Source: Mycobacteriales bacterium (lineage in GTDB: Bacteria > Actinomycetota > Actinomycetes > JAFAQI01). From it: DNA of 64,000 nucleotides. Position 1 is the first letter of the stretch, and each line of letters opens with the position of its first letter. The stretch lies in the NCBI GenBank assembly GCA_035695045.1, contig DASSEX010000085.1, positions 6,440 through 70,439 on the forward strand. The letters are read 5' to 3'. Below, one piece after another: positions 19,117 to 28,105 of this stretch. Under the pieces are notes generated by a model, which had not been told where the DNA came from, made no database searches, and was given only the letters and a program-made list of their open reading frames with translations. The translations under genes were made by a program, and so were the position numbers.

Positions 19117-19416
19117 ATGCCCACGTCGACCGTTGTCGAAGAATCGGGGACACCTGCCGAGGTGACAGCGCGTGATCGGGCCGTCCGGCAGCTCAAGAAG
19201 AAGAGAGACTTCCACGCGCACCTGCTCGTCTATGCCCTCGTCAACAGCTGCTTGGTGCTCGTGTGGTTCACGACCGGCCGGCACGGCTTCTTCTGGCCGG
19301 TCTTCTTCATCGCCTTCTGGGGAATCGGCGTCGTGATGAACGCCTGGGACGTCTATCACGGCGAGGAGTTCTCGGAAGAGCAGATCGAACGCGAGATGCG
19401 ACGCCTGTCGTCGTGA
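19117..19416 (+). CDS. 2TM-domain small membrane protein
   Basis: RBS AAGGAGG. KKKRDFHAHLLVYALVNSCLVLVWFTTGRHGFFWPVFFIAFWGIGVVMNAW matches the 2TM domain pattern. Confidence 0.7.
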   Translation: MPTSTVVEESGTPAEVTARDRAVRQLKKKRDFHAHLLVYALVNSCLVLVWFTTGRHGFFWPVFFIAFWGIGVVMNAWDVYHGEEFSEEQIEREMRRLSS

Positions 19417-19428
19417 CAGGCTCCTCGC

Positions 19429-20649
19429 ATGGAGCGCGTCACTCCCGAGGAGCTGCAGTCACGGCTCGAGGCCGTGCCCTACGACGAACCGCGAGTGGTC
19501 GTCAGCGGCAACCACGCCATCCCGTGGGAGGCGCTGGCAGCCGTCGACCGCGCCATCGAGCGCTATCGGCTGTTCGCCCTCAATGCGCCGCCCGGCATCC
19601 CCGAGCGTCCCGGTGTCACCTTCGAGACGCCCTTCGTCGGGGCCGGGATGCGCGGCCGTCCCTCCCTCGCGTACTTCCCCTGCCGGCTCAGTCTCGTCCC
19701 GACGCTGCTCAAGCGGCGGCTTCCGCCGGACATCGTCATGGTGCACACCGCGCCGCCGCGTGACGGGATGCTGTCCCTCGGAGTCGAGGTCAACATCCTT
19801 CCGGCCGCCATCGAGCTGGCCCGCTCCCGCGGCGCTCTCGTCGTCGCACAGGTCAACCCGCAGATGCCCTACCTGCTCGGCGATGCGTTGTTGCCCGTTG
19901 ACGACGTCGACCTCGCGATCGAGGTGGACAAGCCGCTCGGCGAGCTGCCCCGACCGGTCATCGGCGACCTCCAGCGCGTCATCGGAGAGAACGTCGCTTC
20001 GCTCGTGCCCGACGGTGCGACGTTGCAGCTCGGCATCGGCGCCGTACCGGATGCCGCACTCGCAGCTCTGCACGCTCGCCGTGGCCTGAAGGTCTGGAGC
20101 GAGATGATCAGCGACGGCGTCATGCACCTGTCGCAGGCAGGTGCGCTCGAAGACACCCACATCACGACGTCGTTCGCCGCGGGCAGCAGCACCTTCTACG
20201 AGTGGCTGACCGGTGAGGCGAAGGTCGTGATGTGCCGCACGGAACGCGCGAACGACCCGGCCGTCATCGCCCAGCAGACGGTGATGACGTCGATCAACGC
20301 CGCGTTGCAGGTCGACCTGTTCGCACAGGCGAACGCGTCCTACGTGCACGATCGGATCTACTCGGGATTCGGCGGCCAGACCGACTTCATCGTCGGGGCG
20401 GTGCACTCGATCGGCGGCCACGCGATCATCGCGCTTCCGTCCTGGCACGACCGGTCCCGGACGTCGACGATCGTCGACCGGCTCGCCTCGCCGGCGACGT
20501 CCTTCCAGCATTCGTACGTCGTCACGGAGCAGGGCATCGCCACGATCTGGGGCCGTCCGCAGAAGGAGCAGGCGCAGGAGCTGATTGAGCACGCGGCCGC
20601 GCCGGACGCCCGCGAGCAGCTCCGGGCAGCGGCGCGAGAGATGTTCTGA
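19429..20649 (+). CDS. Acetyl-CoA hydrolase/CoA-transferase family protein
   Basis: SGFGGQTDF (GxGGxxDF) and overall family-like layout. Confidence 0.85.
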   Translation: MERVTPEELQSRLEAVPYDEPRVVVSGNHAIPWEALAAVDRAIERYRLFALNAPPGIPERPGVTFETPFVGAGMRGRPSLAYFPCRLSLVPTLLKRRLPPDIVMVHTAPPRDGMLSLGVEVNILPAAIELARSRGALVVAQVNPQMPYLLGDALLPVDDVDLAIEVDKPLGELPRPVIGDLQRVIGENVASLVPDGATLQLGIGAVPDAALAALHARRGLKVWSEMISDGVMHLSQAGALEDTHITTSFAAGSSTFYEWLTGEAKVVMCRTERANDPAVIAQQTVMTSINAALQVDLFAQANASYVHDRIYSGFGGQTDFIVGAVHSIGGHAIIALPSWHDRSRTSTIVDRLASPATSFQHSYVVTEQGIATIWGRPQKEQAQELIEHAAAPDAREQLRAAAREMF

Positions 20650-20660
20650 CCAGGGGCGGC

Positions 20661-20677
20661 AGGACCTACGCCTCTAT
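20661..20677. promoter_or_regulatory. DosR-like box, CCTAAGCCTCT subclass
   Basis: GGCAGGACCTACGCCTCTAT matches GGCAGGACCTAAGCCTCTGG at 29468 in 17 of 20 positions. Lies upstream of the Zn-ADH. Confidence 0.4.
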
Positions 20678-20765
20678 CCGCCCGGCGACGCCTTCGCGCA
20701 GCGTGGGACCCGTCAGTTGAGCTCGTTTCGAGCTCCGGATGAAGACGGCCCAGAAGGAGCCCAGC

Positions 20766-21809
20766 ATGCGCGCACTCGTCTACGGCGGACCGGGCAAGAG
20801 GCAGTGGCAGGACGTCCCCGACCCTGTCATCGTCGACGCAACCGACGCCATCATCGGCGTCGACACCACCACGATCTGCGGCACTGACCTGCACATCCTC
20901 AAGGGTGATGTGCCCGAGGTCACGCCGGGTCGCATCCTCGGTCACGAGGCCGTCGGCACCGTCGAGGCAGTCGGTGACGCCGTCACCAACTTCCGCCCCG
21001 GCGATCGGGTCCTGGTCTCCTGCATCAGCTCCTGCGGGCGCTGCCGGTTCTGCCGCGAGGGTCGCTACGGCCAGTGCCGGGGTGGCGGCGGATGGGTCCT
21101 CGGTCACCTGATCGACGGCACGCAGGCGGAGTACGTCCGCATTCCGTTCGCGGACACCTCGCTCTACAAGCTTCCGGCATCGGTCAGTGACGAGGAAGCG
21201 GTGATGTTGTCCGACATCCTCCCGACGTCGTACGAGGTGGGCATCCTCAACGGCACCGTGCAGCCGGCTGACGTGGTGGTCGTCGTCGGAGCCGGCCCGA
21301 TCGGCCTCGCCGCGACCTTGACGGCGCGGCTGTTCAGCCCGCGGCACATCGTCGCGGTCGACCTTGCCGACAGCCGGCTGGAGATGGCGAAGCAGTTCGG
21401 CGCGGACGAGACCGTCAACTCCGGCCGCGAAGACGCCGTCGCCCGCATCAATGCCCTCACCGACGACCTCGGTGCAGATGTCGTGATCGAGGCAGTCGGG
21501 ATCCCGGAGACGTTCGAGCTCTGCACGCGTCTCGTCCGGCCGGGCGGCCACGTGGCCAACATCGGTGTGCACGGCAAGCCGGCGTCCCTCGCCCTCGACG
21601 CGCTGTGGGCGAAGGATGTGACGATCACCACCGGGCTGGTGGACACCTACAGCACGCCGACCCTCCTGCGCATGGTCGCGTCCGGTCAGCTGTCGGCCAA
21701 GCCGTTCGCCACTCACCACTTCACGCTGGCGGACATCGAGCACGCCTACGAGACATTCGCCAACGCGGGCACCGAGCACGCGCTCAAGGTCGTCATCACG
21801 AAGACGTGA
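20766..21809 (+). CDS. Zinc-dependent alcohol dehydrogenase
   Basis: RBS GAAGGAG. GHEAVGTVEAVG, structural-Zn CGRCRFCREGRYGQC, Rossmann VVVVGAGPIGL. Confidence 0.92.
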   Translation: MRALVYGGPGKRQWQDVPDPVIVDATDAIIGVDTTTICGTDLHILKGDVPEVTPGRILGHEAVGTVEAVGDAVTNFRPGDRVLVSCISSCGRCRFCREGRYGQCRGGGGWVLGHLIDGTQAEYVRIPFADTSLYKLPASVSDEEAVMLSDILPTSYEVGILNGTVQPADVVVVVGAGPIGLAATLTARLFSPRHIVAVDLADSRLEMAKQFGADETVNSGREDAVARINALTDDLGADVVIEAVGIPETFELCTRLVRPGGHVANIGVHGKPASLALDALWAKDVTITTGLVDTYSTPTLLRMVASGQLSAKPFATHHFTLADIEHAYETFANAGTEHALKVVITKT

Positions 21810-21836
21810 AGCGGGGGACGGGGGCCCGCGTGAGGA

Positions 21837-24179
21837 TCACTTCACGCGGGCCTTCGCCCATCCGGCGAGCCGCCAGCCGGACTCCATCGCGAACCCCGCC
21901 AGGGCGACCGCACCGGTTGCCGCGAGCAGCAGCAACGGGCCCGGGAGCGTCAACGCGAAGAACTCCCGGAACCCGGGCACAGCGAGCACGACCACGAACC
22001 CCGCCGCCATCGTGGGGACCAGCCAGGCGGAGCGTTCCTTCCCCTGCCGGGCGATGATCGCGAGCACCCACAACGCGATCGCCAGCAACGCAATGGTGCA
22101 CGTGGTCCTCGCCTCTTGAAGAGACGTCCCCGGCTGGTCCCTGGCAGCGAGGTAGGTCAGGTACGTCGCCGCCGCCGCGACCAGGCCCGCCGGGATTGCG
22201 AAGCGGGCGACCCGCACGACGAAGTGCGGACGCGCACGTCGCGAGTTGCGGGCCAGCGCGAGCACGAACGCCGGGATCCCGATGCTGAGGGTGCTGACGA
22301 GCGTGAGATGACGCGGGAGGAACGGGAACGGCAGGCGCGCGATGCCGACGGCGATGGCGAGCAGTGTCGCGTAGACGGTCTTCGTCAGGAAGAGGTTGGC
22401 GACGCGCTCCATGTTCGCGATGACGCGGCGGCCCTCACTGATGATCGCCGGGACCGCGGTGAACGCGCTGTCGAGCAGCACGAGCTGCGCGACTGCGCGG
22501 GTGGCCGCCGAACCTGCGCCCATCGCGATGCCGACATCGGCAACCTTCAGCGCGAGGACGTCATTGACGCCGTCGCCGGTCATCGCCACGACGTGGCCGC
22601 GCGACTGAAGCGACCGCACGATGCCCTGCTTCTGCTCCGGCGTCACCCGTCCGAAGACCGTCGTGCGGTCGATCACTGTCGCCGAGGCGGGGTCATCGAG
22701 GTCGAGCGTGCGCGCATCGACGGGGGAGCCGGCGTCGAGCCCGACCTCCCCGGCTATGCGCCCGACCGTCTGCGGATGGTCGCCGGAGATGACCCGGACG
22801 GTCACGCCCTGGCTGCGCAGGTAGGTGAGCGTCTTCGCGGCGTCGGGGCGGATCTCGTCGCGCAACGCCACCAGGGCAACCGGCCGCCGTTGCGTCGCGC
22901 CGCCGCCGGAGTGGGGCGTCGCCCTGGCGACGAGCAGCACGCGCGCTCCGTCCGCGGCGAGCTCCGAGGTCAGGCGGCGTACCTCCTCCTCGGAGCTGAG
23001 CACGTCCGGTGCGCCGAGCAGCCAGCGACCATGGCCGGCGAAGTCCGCACCGCTCCACTTCTCGGCGGAGGTGAAGGGGAAGGTCTGCTCTGCGACCCAG
23101 TCGCTCTTCGGATAGGCGTCGGCGAGCGCCGCTGCCGTCGCGTTCGGATGGGGCTCCAGCCGGGCGAGCGCTCCCAGCGCGGTCGCGACGTCCGGGTCAT
23201 CCGCAAGCGGGATTACGCGGGTCACCTGCAACCGTCCGCTCGTCAGCGTGCCGGTCTTGTCGATGCACAGAGTGTCCACGCGCGCGAGACCCTCGATCGA
23301 CGGGAGCTCGCGGGCGAGGACCCTCCGCCGGGCCAACCGCAGCGCCCCGACGGCGAACGCGATGCTGGTCAGCAGGATGAGCCCCTCGGGCACCATGGTC
23401 ACGGTGCCCGCGACCGACGCCCGCAGGGCGTCGCCGAGGTTGTTCGCGCGGCTCAGCTGGCTCCAGAACAGCAGGACCGCCGTCGGCACCAGGACCCACG
23501 TGATGACCTGGAGGATGCGGTTGATGCCGTCGCGGAGCTCACTCGTGGCGAGCGAGAACTCGCGCGCGCTCTCCGACAGGCCGGCTGCATAGGAGCGCGC
23601 ACCCACCGCCGTGACGACGTAGCGTGCCCAGCCGGCCACGACGAAGCTGCCGGAGAGCACCTGCGTGCCCGGTGACTTGTCGACCGGGTCCGACTCACCG
23701 GTGAGCAACGACTCGTCGACACGCAGGCCGTGTACGTCGACCACGTCGCCGTCGACCACGACCTGGTCGCCCGAGCTCAGCTCGACCAGATCCCCGACCA
23801 CCACGTCCTCAGCCGGAAGTGACACGGCAGCGTCGTCTCGGACCACCGTCGCACGCGCGGCCGTGACGACGGCGAGCCGGTCGAGGGCGCGCTTCGCCCG
23901 CAGCTCCTGGACGATGCCGACGAGCGTGTTGCACAGAAGGGCGAGACCGAACAGCGCGTCCTGAAGCGGCCCCACGATCAGGATCACGACCAGCAGCGAA
24001 CCGAGCAGCGCGTTGAACCGCGTGAAGATGTTCGTCCGGATGATCAGGCGCGTCGGGCGGCTGGTCGGGGGCGCGTAGTCGTTGCCCAGGCCCTCGCGCC
24101 GGCGTTCGGCCGCCTGCGCAGACGTCAGCCCTCGTGCCTGGGCCGGCGCAGGGGCTGACTGAGTCTGCGGAGCGGTCAT
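21837..24179 (-). CDS. Cation-translocating P-type ATPase (type II-like, PEGL)
   Basis: [39 protein letters not shown]. Start trimmed to MTAPQTQS; the 990-aa track ORF carries a junk N-terminal extension. Confidence 0.92.
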   Translation of the reverse strand: MTAPQTQSAPAPAQARGLTSAQAAERRREGLGNDYAPPTSRPTRLIIRTNIFTRFNALLGSLLVVILIVGPLQDALFGLALLCNTLVGIVQELRAKRALDRLAVVTAARATVVRDDAAVSLPAEDVVVGDLVELSSGDQVVVDGDVVDVHGLRVDESLLTGESDPVDKSPGTQVLSGSFVVAGWARYVVTAVGARSYAAGLSESAREFSLATSELRDGINRILQVITWVLVPTAVLLFWSQLSRANNLGDALRASVAGTVTMVPEGLILLTSIAFAVGALRLARRRVLARELPSIEGLARVDTLCIDKTGTLTSGRLQVTRVIPLADDPDVATALGALARLEPHPNATAAALADAYPKSDWVAEQTFPFTSAEKWSGADFAGHGRWLLGAPDVLSSEEEVRRLTSELAADGARVLLVARATPHSGGGATQRRPVALVALRDEIRPDAAKTLTYLRSQGVTVRVISGDHPQTVGRIAGEVGLDAGSPVDARTLDLDDPASATVIDRTTVFGRVTPEQKQGIVRSLQSRGHVVAMTGDGVNDVLALKVADVGIAMGAGSAATRAVAQLVLLDSAFTAVPAIISEGRRVIANMERVANLFLTKTVYATLLAIAVGIARLPFPFLPRHLTLVSTLSIGIPAFVLALARNSRRARPHFVVRVARFAIPAGLVAAAATYLTYLAARDQPGTSLQEARTTCTIALLAIALWVLAIIARQGKERSAWLVPTMAAGFVVVLAVPGFREFFALTLPGPLLLLAATGAVALAGFAMESGWRLAGWAKARVK

Positions 24180-24347
24180 CTCGCGTGCGGATGCTGGTGA
24201 CGGTTCATGTCGCTCCACCGCCGCCGACGAAGTCGCTGCCGCCCATGTCGAGCCGCAGCGGTGGGCGCATGCGCGGTCACCACGGATCACCCTCTTCACC
24301 GTCTGATCGGGTCGGCTTTCACGCTCGCCCGCGTGTGAGGTACGCGA

Positions 24348-24366
24348 CAGGGCCGAAAGACCCTGG
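24348..24366. promoter_or_regulatory. DosR-like box
   Basis: CAGGGCCGAAAGACCCTGG (CAGGG/CCCTG arms) between divergent ATPase start 24179 (-) and GNAT. Its centre is 43.5 nt from GTG 24400. Confidence 0.5.
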
Positions 24367-24399
24367 GCGGAAAGGGGTACGGACCGGTTCACTCGAGGC

Positions 24400-24912
24400 G
24401 TGATGAAGGTGACGGTGTTGAGGGACGGCCGCAGCGTGACGATGCGCCCGCTGGAGCGACGCGACGCGACGGCGCTGCTCGACGCCCTGCACCGTGCGGA
24501 CCCGATGGATCTGCGGCGGCGCTTCCTCGGCACTCCGCCACCCGACTCATACCTCGTCAACCAGCTCAGGCACGCGGACGGCGTGCACGACCTCGTGCTG
24601 GGAGCCTTCGACGACACCGGCAGGCTCGTCGGCGTCGCGCAGTTCGACCGGCCCGACGACAAGCCGACGGCCGAGGTCGCGATCGAGGTCGCCAAGGACT
24701 GGCAGCGCGACGGGCTGGGTCTCGCGCTCCTCACCCATCTCGTGGAGCTCGCTCGTAGCCGCGGGGTCCATGAGTTCACCGCGACGTACTTCGCCGACAA
24801 CATCCCCATCTGCCGGCTGCTCCGCGCGATCGGTCACGTCATCACCTGCACCTACGAGTGCGGTGAGGGCCGGATGCGGTTGAGTCTCGACGAGGTTCGC
24901 GAAGCGTCGTGA
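24400..24912 (+). CDS. Stand-alone Pat-type GNAT acetyltransferase
   Basis: VTMRPLERRDATALLDALHRADPMDLRRRFLG resembles the N-terminus of the GNAT domain of protein-lysine acetyltransferases (Pat). WQRDGLGLALLTHLVELAR is the acetyl-CoA-binding segment. Start is GTG 24400 or ATG 24403. Confidence 0.8.
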   Translation: MMKVTVLRDGRSVTMRPLERRDATALLDALHRADPMDLRRRFLGTPPPDSYLVNQLRHADGVHDLVLGAFDDTGRLVGVAQFDRPDDKPTAEVAIEVAKDWQRDGLGLALLTHLVELARSRGVHEFTATYFADNIPICRLLRAIGHVITCTYECGEGRMRLSLDEVREAS

Positions 24913-24918
24913 GCCGTC

Positions 24919-27375
24919 ATGTCCACGGCGACGCTCGTCCCGCCCGCCGCTGACGTCGGCCTTTGTTCGGCGGAGGCTGCTGCTCGCCTGCGTGACCGTG
25001 GGCCTAACCGGGTCGGACAGCCGCCGCGACCGCTGCTCTGGCGACGCGTCGCCGCACAGCTGACCGACCCGTTGATCCTCGTGCTGCTGACGGCGATCGT
25101 GCTGACGCTCGCGACCGGCGACGGGACCGACGCGGTGATCATCGCGCTCGTCGTGGTGGTGAACTCGACGGTCGGCGTCGTACAAGAAATCCGTGCGGAT
25201 CATGCGATCGAGGCGCTGGCGGCGCTGACCGGCCCGTCCGCTCACGTGCGACGCGACGGCGTCGTCGTCACGATCCCTGCGGAAGAGGTCGTGCCCGGGG
25301 ACGCCGTCGTTCTCGGTGAGGGTGACATCGTCCCTGCGGACGGTGACCTGGTGGACGCGGTTCGGGTGCTGGTCGACGAGTCCGCGCTCACCGGCGAGGC
25401 CGAACCCGTCGAGAAGTCGTTGCTGACGGCTCCGCTCTTGTCCGCGGGCACCGTGGTCGTGCGCGGCCGGGCGGTGATGCTCGTCACCACGACCGGGTCG
25501 GCCAGCGCTCTGGGTCGCATCGCCGCTCTCGTGAGGGAGCGCCCACCGGCGACGCCACTGCAGCGACGGCTGGTCCAGCTCGGCCGCTGGCTGGCCGTTG
25601 GCGCGGCCGCGCTGTCGATCGTCGTCTTCGCGACAGGGCTGGCCCGCGGGCAGACCGTCGAGCTGATGGCGGTGACAGCGGTCAGTCTCGTCGTCGCCGC
25701 CGTCCCCGAGTCACTGCCTGCGGTGGTCACCCTTGCGCTCGCACTCGGTGCCCGGCGGATGGCAGCGCATCACGCCATCGTGCGCCGGCTGCCGGCGGTC
25801 GAGACCCTGGGATCCGTCACCGTCGTCGCCACGGACAAGACCGGGACCCTGACCCACGGGCGGATGGCGGTCGCCTCCCTCTGGACACCGGCACGCGGTC
25901 GGGTCGATCTGGACGAGGAGTGGGAGGGACCCGAGTCACTTCTGCTGCGTGCCGCGGCTCTGTGCAACGACGCCCGGCTGACGCCGGCGCTGGCACCGAC
26001 GGACACCTGGACGGCGACCGGCGATCCCACCGAGGCGGCGTTGCTGCGGACGGCTGCGCGCGCCGGCTGGCATCGTGACCTGCTGGAAGAGGCAGCACCC
26101 CGCCTTGCCGAGTGGCCGTTCGAGAGCTCTCGCCGGTCGATGACCACGATCCATGCGCAGCCTGCGGGCCCCCTGGTCATCACCAAGGGTGCGCCCGACG
26201 TGCTGCTGTCCGAGACGCGGCTGACGAACGACGCGGCGACCGTCGACCGCGCGCGGCAGCAAGCGGCCGCGATGGCGAGCGACGGTTACCGGGTGCTCGC
26301 TGTCGCTGCCGCGACCGTCGACACCGACCCCCGCCAGATCGACGTCGACCACCTCCGGCTGCAACTCCTGGGAATGGTGGCCCTGGCCGACCCGGTGCGG
26401 GAGTCTGCGGCTGCGACGGTCGCGGGGTTCCGCGGCGCCGGGATCACTCCGGTCGTCATCACCGGCGACGACGCGCGGACCGCGATCTCGGTCGCTCGTC
26501 AGGCCGGGCTCGGCACCGAGCTCGGTGTCGAGCTCCATGCGAGGGCGACGCCCGAGGACAAGCTGCGCATCGTCGAGTCGCTGCAGCGCGCCGGCGACGT
26601 GGTCGCGATGACGGGCGACGGCGTCAACGACTCGCCGGCGCTCCGGCAGGCCGACATCGGCGTCGCGATGGGCCGGCGCGGCACCGAAGCCGCTCGACAG
26701 GCCGCGGATCTCGTCCTTGCGGACGACGAGCTCGGCACGCTCATCGTTGCCGTCGAGGAGGGTCGCCGTGCCTATGACAACGTCCGCCGCTTCCTGCTCT
26801 TCGGGCTCGCCGGCGGCGTCGCCGAGCTGCTCGTCATGGTCGTCGGCCCGTTCCTCGGCATGACGCTGCCGCTGCTCCCCGCGCAGATCCTGTGGATCAA
26901 CCTGCTGACGCACGGTCTGCCCGGCGTCGCGATGGGCGCCGAACCGGCTGATCCGTCTGTGTTGCGCCGGCCTCCGCGGCCGCCGCGGGAACCAGTGCTC
27001 GGTGCCGGTCTCTGGCAACGCATCGCTGTGTGCGCTGCCGTCACGACGGCGATCACGTTGTCCGTCGGTGCGGTCCTGCGTCCGGGTCAGGCCGAGTGGC
27101 GCAGCGCGACGTTCTTCGCTCTCGGCATGGCTCAGCTCGGCGTTGCCATGGGTGTCCGCGCCCGGGTTCTCACGAGGGACAACCTGCTGCTGCCGGTGGC
27201 AGTGGTCATGTCGGTCGGGCTGCTGCTGGCCGGCATCTACGTCGCGCCGCTGCAGGAGCTTCTCGGAACTCGACCGCTCGACGTGCCGGAGCTGCTCGGG
27301 ATCTCGATGCTCGCGGTGGCGTCGTACGTCGTGACCCGCGTCAGCGGTCGCGGAGTCGGACGGACAAGCAGGTGA
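24919..27375 (+). CDS. Cation-transporting P-type ATPase (CtpF-like, type II)
   Basis: [40 protein letters not shown]. Starts 6 nt after the GNAT stop. Confidence 0.92.
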   Translation: MSTATLVPPAADVGLCSAEAAARLRDRGPNRVGQPPRPLLWRRVAAQLTDPLILVLLTAIVLTLATGDGTDAVIIALVVVVNSTVGVVQEIRADHAIEALAALTGPSAHVRRDGVVVTIPAEEVVPGDAVVLGEGDIVPADGDLVDAVRVLVDESALTGEAEPVEKSLLTAPLLSAGTVVVRGRAVMLVTTTGSASALGRIAALVRERPPATPLQRRLVQLGRWLAVGAAALSIVVFATGLARGQTVELMAVTAVSLVVAAVPESLPAVVTLALALGARRMAAHHAIVRRLPAVETLGSVTVVATDKTGTLTHGRMAVASLWTPARGRVDLDEEWEGPESLLLRAAALCNDARLTPALAPTDTWTATGDPTEAALLRTAARAGWHRDLLEEAAPRLAEWPFESSRRSMTTIHAQPAGPLVITKGAPDVLLSETRLTNDAATVDRARQQAAAMASDGYRVLAVAAATVDTDPRQIDVDHLRLQLLGMVALADPVRESAAATVAGFRGAGITPVVITGDDARTAISVARQAGLGTELGVELHARATPEDKLRIVESLQRAGDVVAMTGDGVNDSPALRQADIGVAMGRRGTEAARQAADLVLADDELGTLIVAVEEGRRAYDNVRRFLLFGLAGGVAELLVMVVGPFLGMTLPLLPAQILWINLLTHGLPGVAMGAEPADPSVLRRPPRPPREPVLGAGLWQRIAVCAAVTTAITLSVGAVLRPGQAEWRSATFFALGMAQLGVAMGVRARVLTRDNLLLPVAVVMSVGLLLAGIYVAPLQELLGTRPLDVPELLGISMLAVASYVVTRVSGRGVGRTSR

Positions 27376-28105
27376 CGCAACCCTCCAGCTTCTGGAACTC
27401 ACCGATGCCGACCGGTACGACGTCATAGCCGAGGCTCGCCACGAGAGCAGCACTGCGCGGGCAGTCGGCTGCCATCAACACGCGGTCCTCGTCCAGGACG
27501 ACGACGTGCGCTCCCGACTCCTCGGGCATCGACCGGTAGCGCGGGAAGAGGCGAGTGTCGTCGACCAGTGGGTCGAAGCCGACGACCGTCCCGTCGGGCA
27601 GCGCGGTGACCGCGGACTTGAGATGCAGGACCTTGGTGACCGGCACCGCGACGACCGTCAAGCCGCGCGGCCGGACCAGCTGCCGCAGCTGGCGGATGCC
27701 ATCGGCGTTGGTGCGGCCGCCTTGACCGACATAGACATCCGTCCCGACCTTGAGCACGTCGCCGCCGTCCAGGGTTCCCGGCGCGTCGATGTACGCCGTC
27801 TCGATCTCCAGGCCGGCCAGCACGTCAGGCATGGCTTCGATCTCCGGCCGGCGGGACGGTGCGCCCGGCCGAGTGATCACCGCCAGGCTGCCGAACATGA
27901 CGACGGTGTCCTCCACGAAGACGCTGTCCGGGCAGTCGTCCGCCGGCGGGACGTCGATCGGTTTCCAGCCGGAGGCGGCCAGTGCCGACACGTAGCCGAG
28001 CCACTGCTGTTCGGCGAGCGCGTGGTCGACCGGCTGCCGTTCGATGTGCGTGACCAGCCCCTCGGCGAGCCGTGGCGACGGCCGCCGGACAAGAGCCTCA
28101 GGCAT
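27341..28105 (-). CDS. Dimethylarginine dimethylaminohydrolase (DDAH)/amidinotransferase-fold enzyme
   Basis: Pentein-fold pattern: DSVFVEDT, LDGGDVL, HLKSAVT, C-terminal catalytic Cys in EGCVTCLSVRL. ATG 28105 overlaps the upstream gene by 8 nt. Confidence 0.8.
   Translation of the reverse strand: MPEALVRRPSPRLAEGLVTHIERQPVDHALAEQQWLGYVSALAASGWKPIDVPPADDCPDSVFVEDTVVMFGSLAVITRPGAPSRRPEIEAMPDVLAGLEIETAYIDAPGTLDGGDVLKVGTDVYVGQGGRTNADGIRQLRQLVRPRGLTVVAVPVTKVLHLKSAVTALPDGTVVGFDPLVDDTRLFPRYRSMPEESGAHVVVLDEDRVLMAADCPRSAALVASLGYDVVPVGIGEFQKLEGCVTCLSVRLRDR

Noticed and set aside
21837-24809. N-terminal extensions of track ORFs, e.g. the 990-aa ATPase, 760-aa Kup, 593-aa MBL, 589-aa deacetylase, 573-aa kinase, 519-aa NuoF-like and 449-aa USP
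   Set aside because: The extensions are Arg/Pro-rich, often overlap neighbouring real genes, and end at internal ATG/GTG codons preceded by good RBS where the recognisable protein begins. The features were trimmed accordingly.
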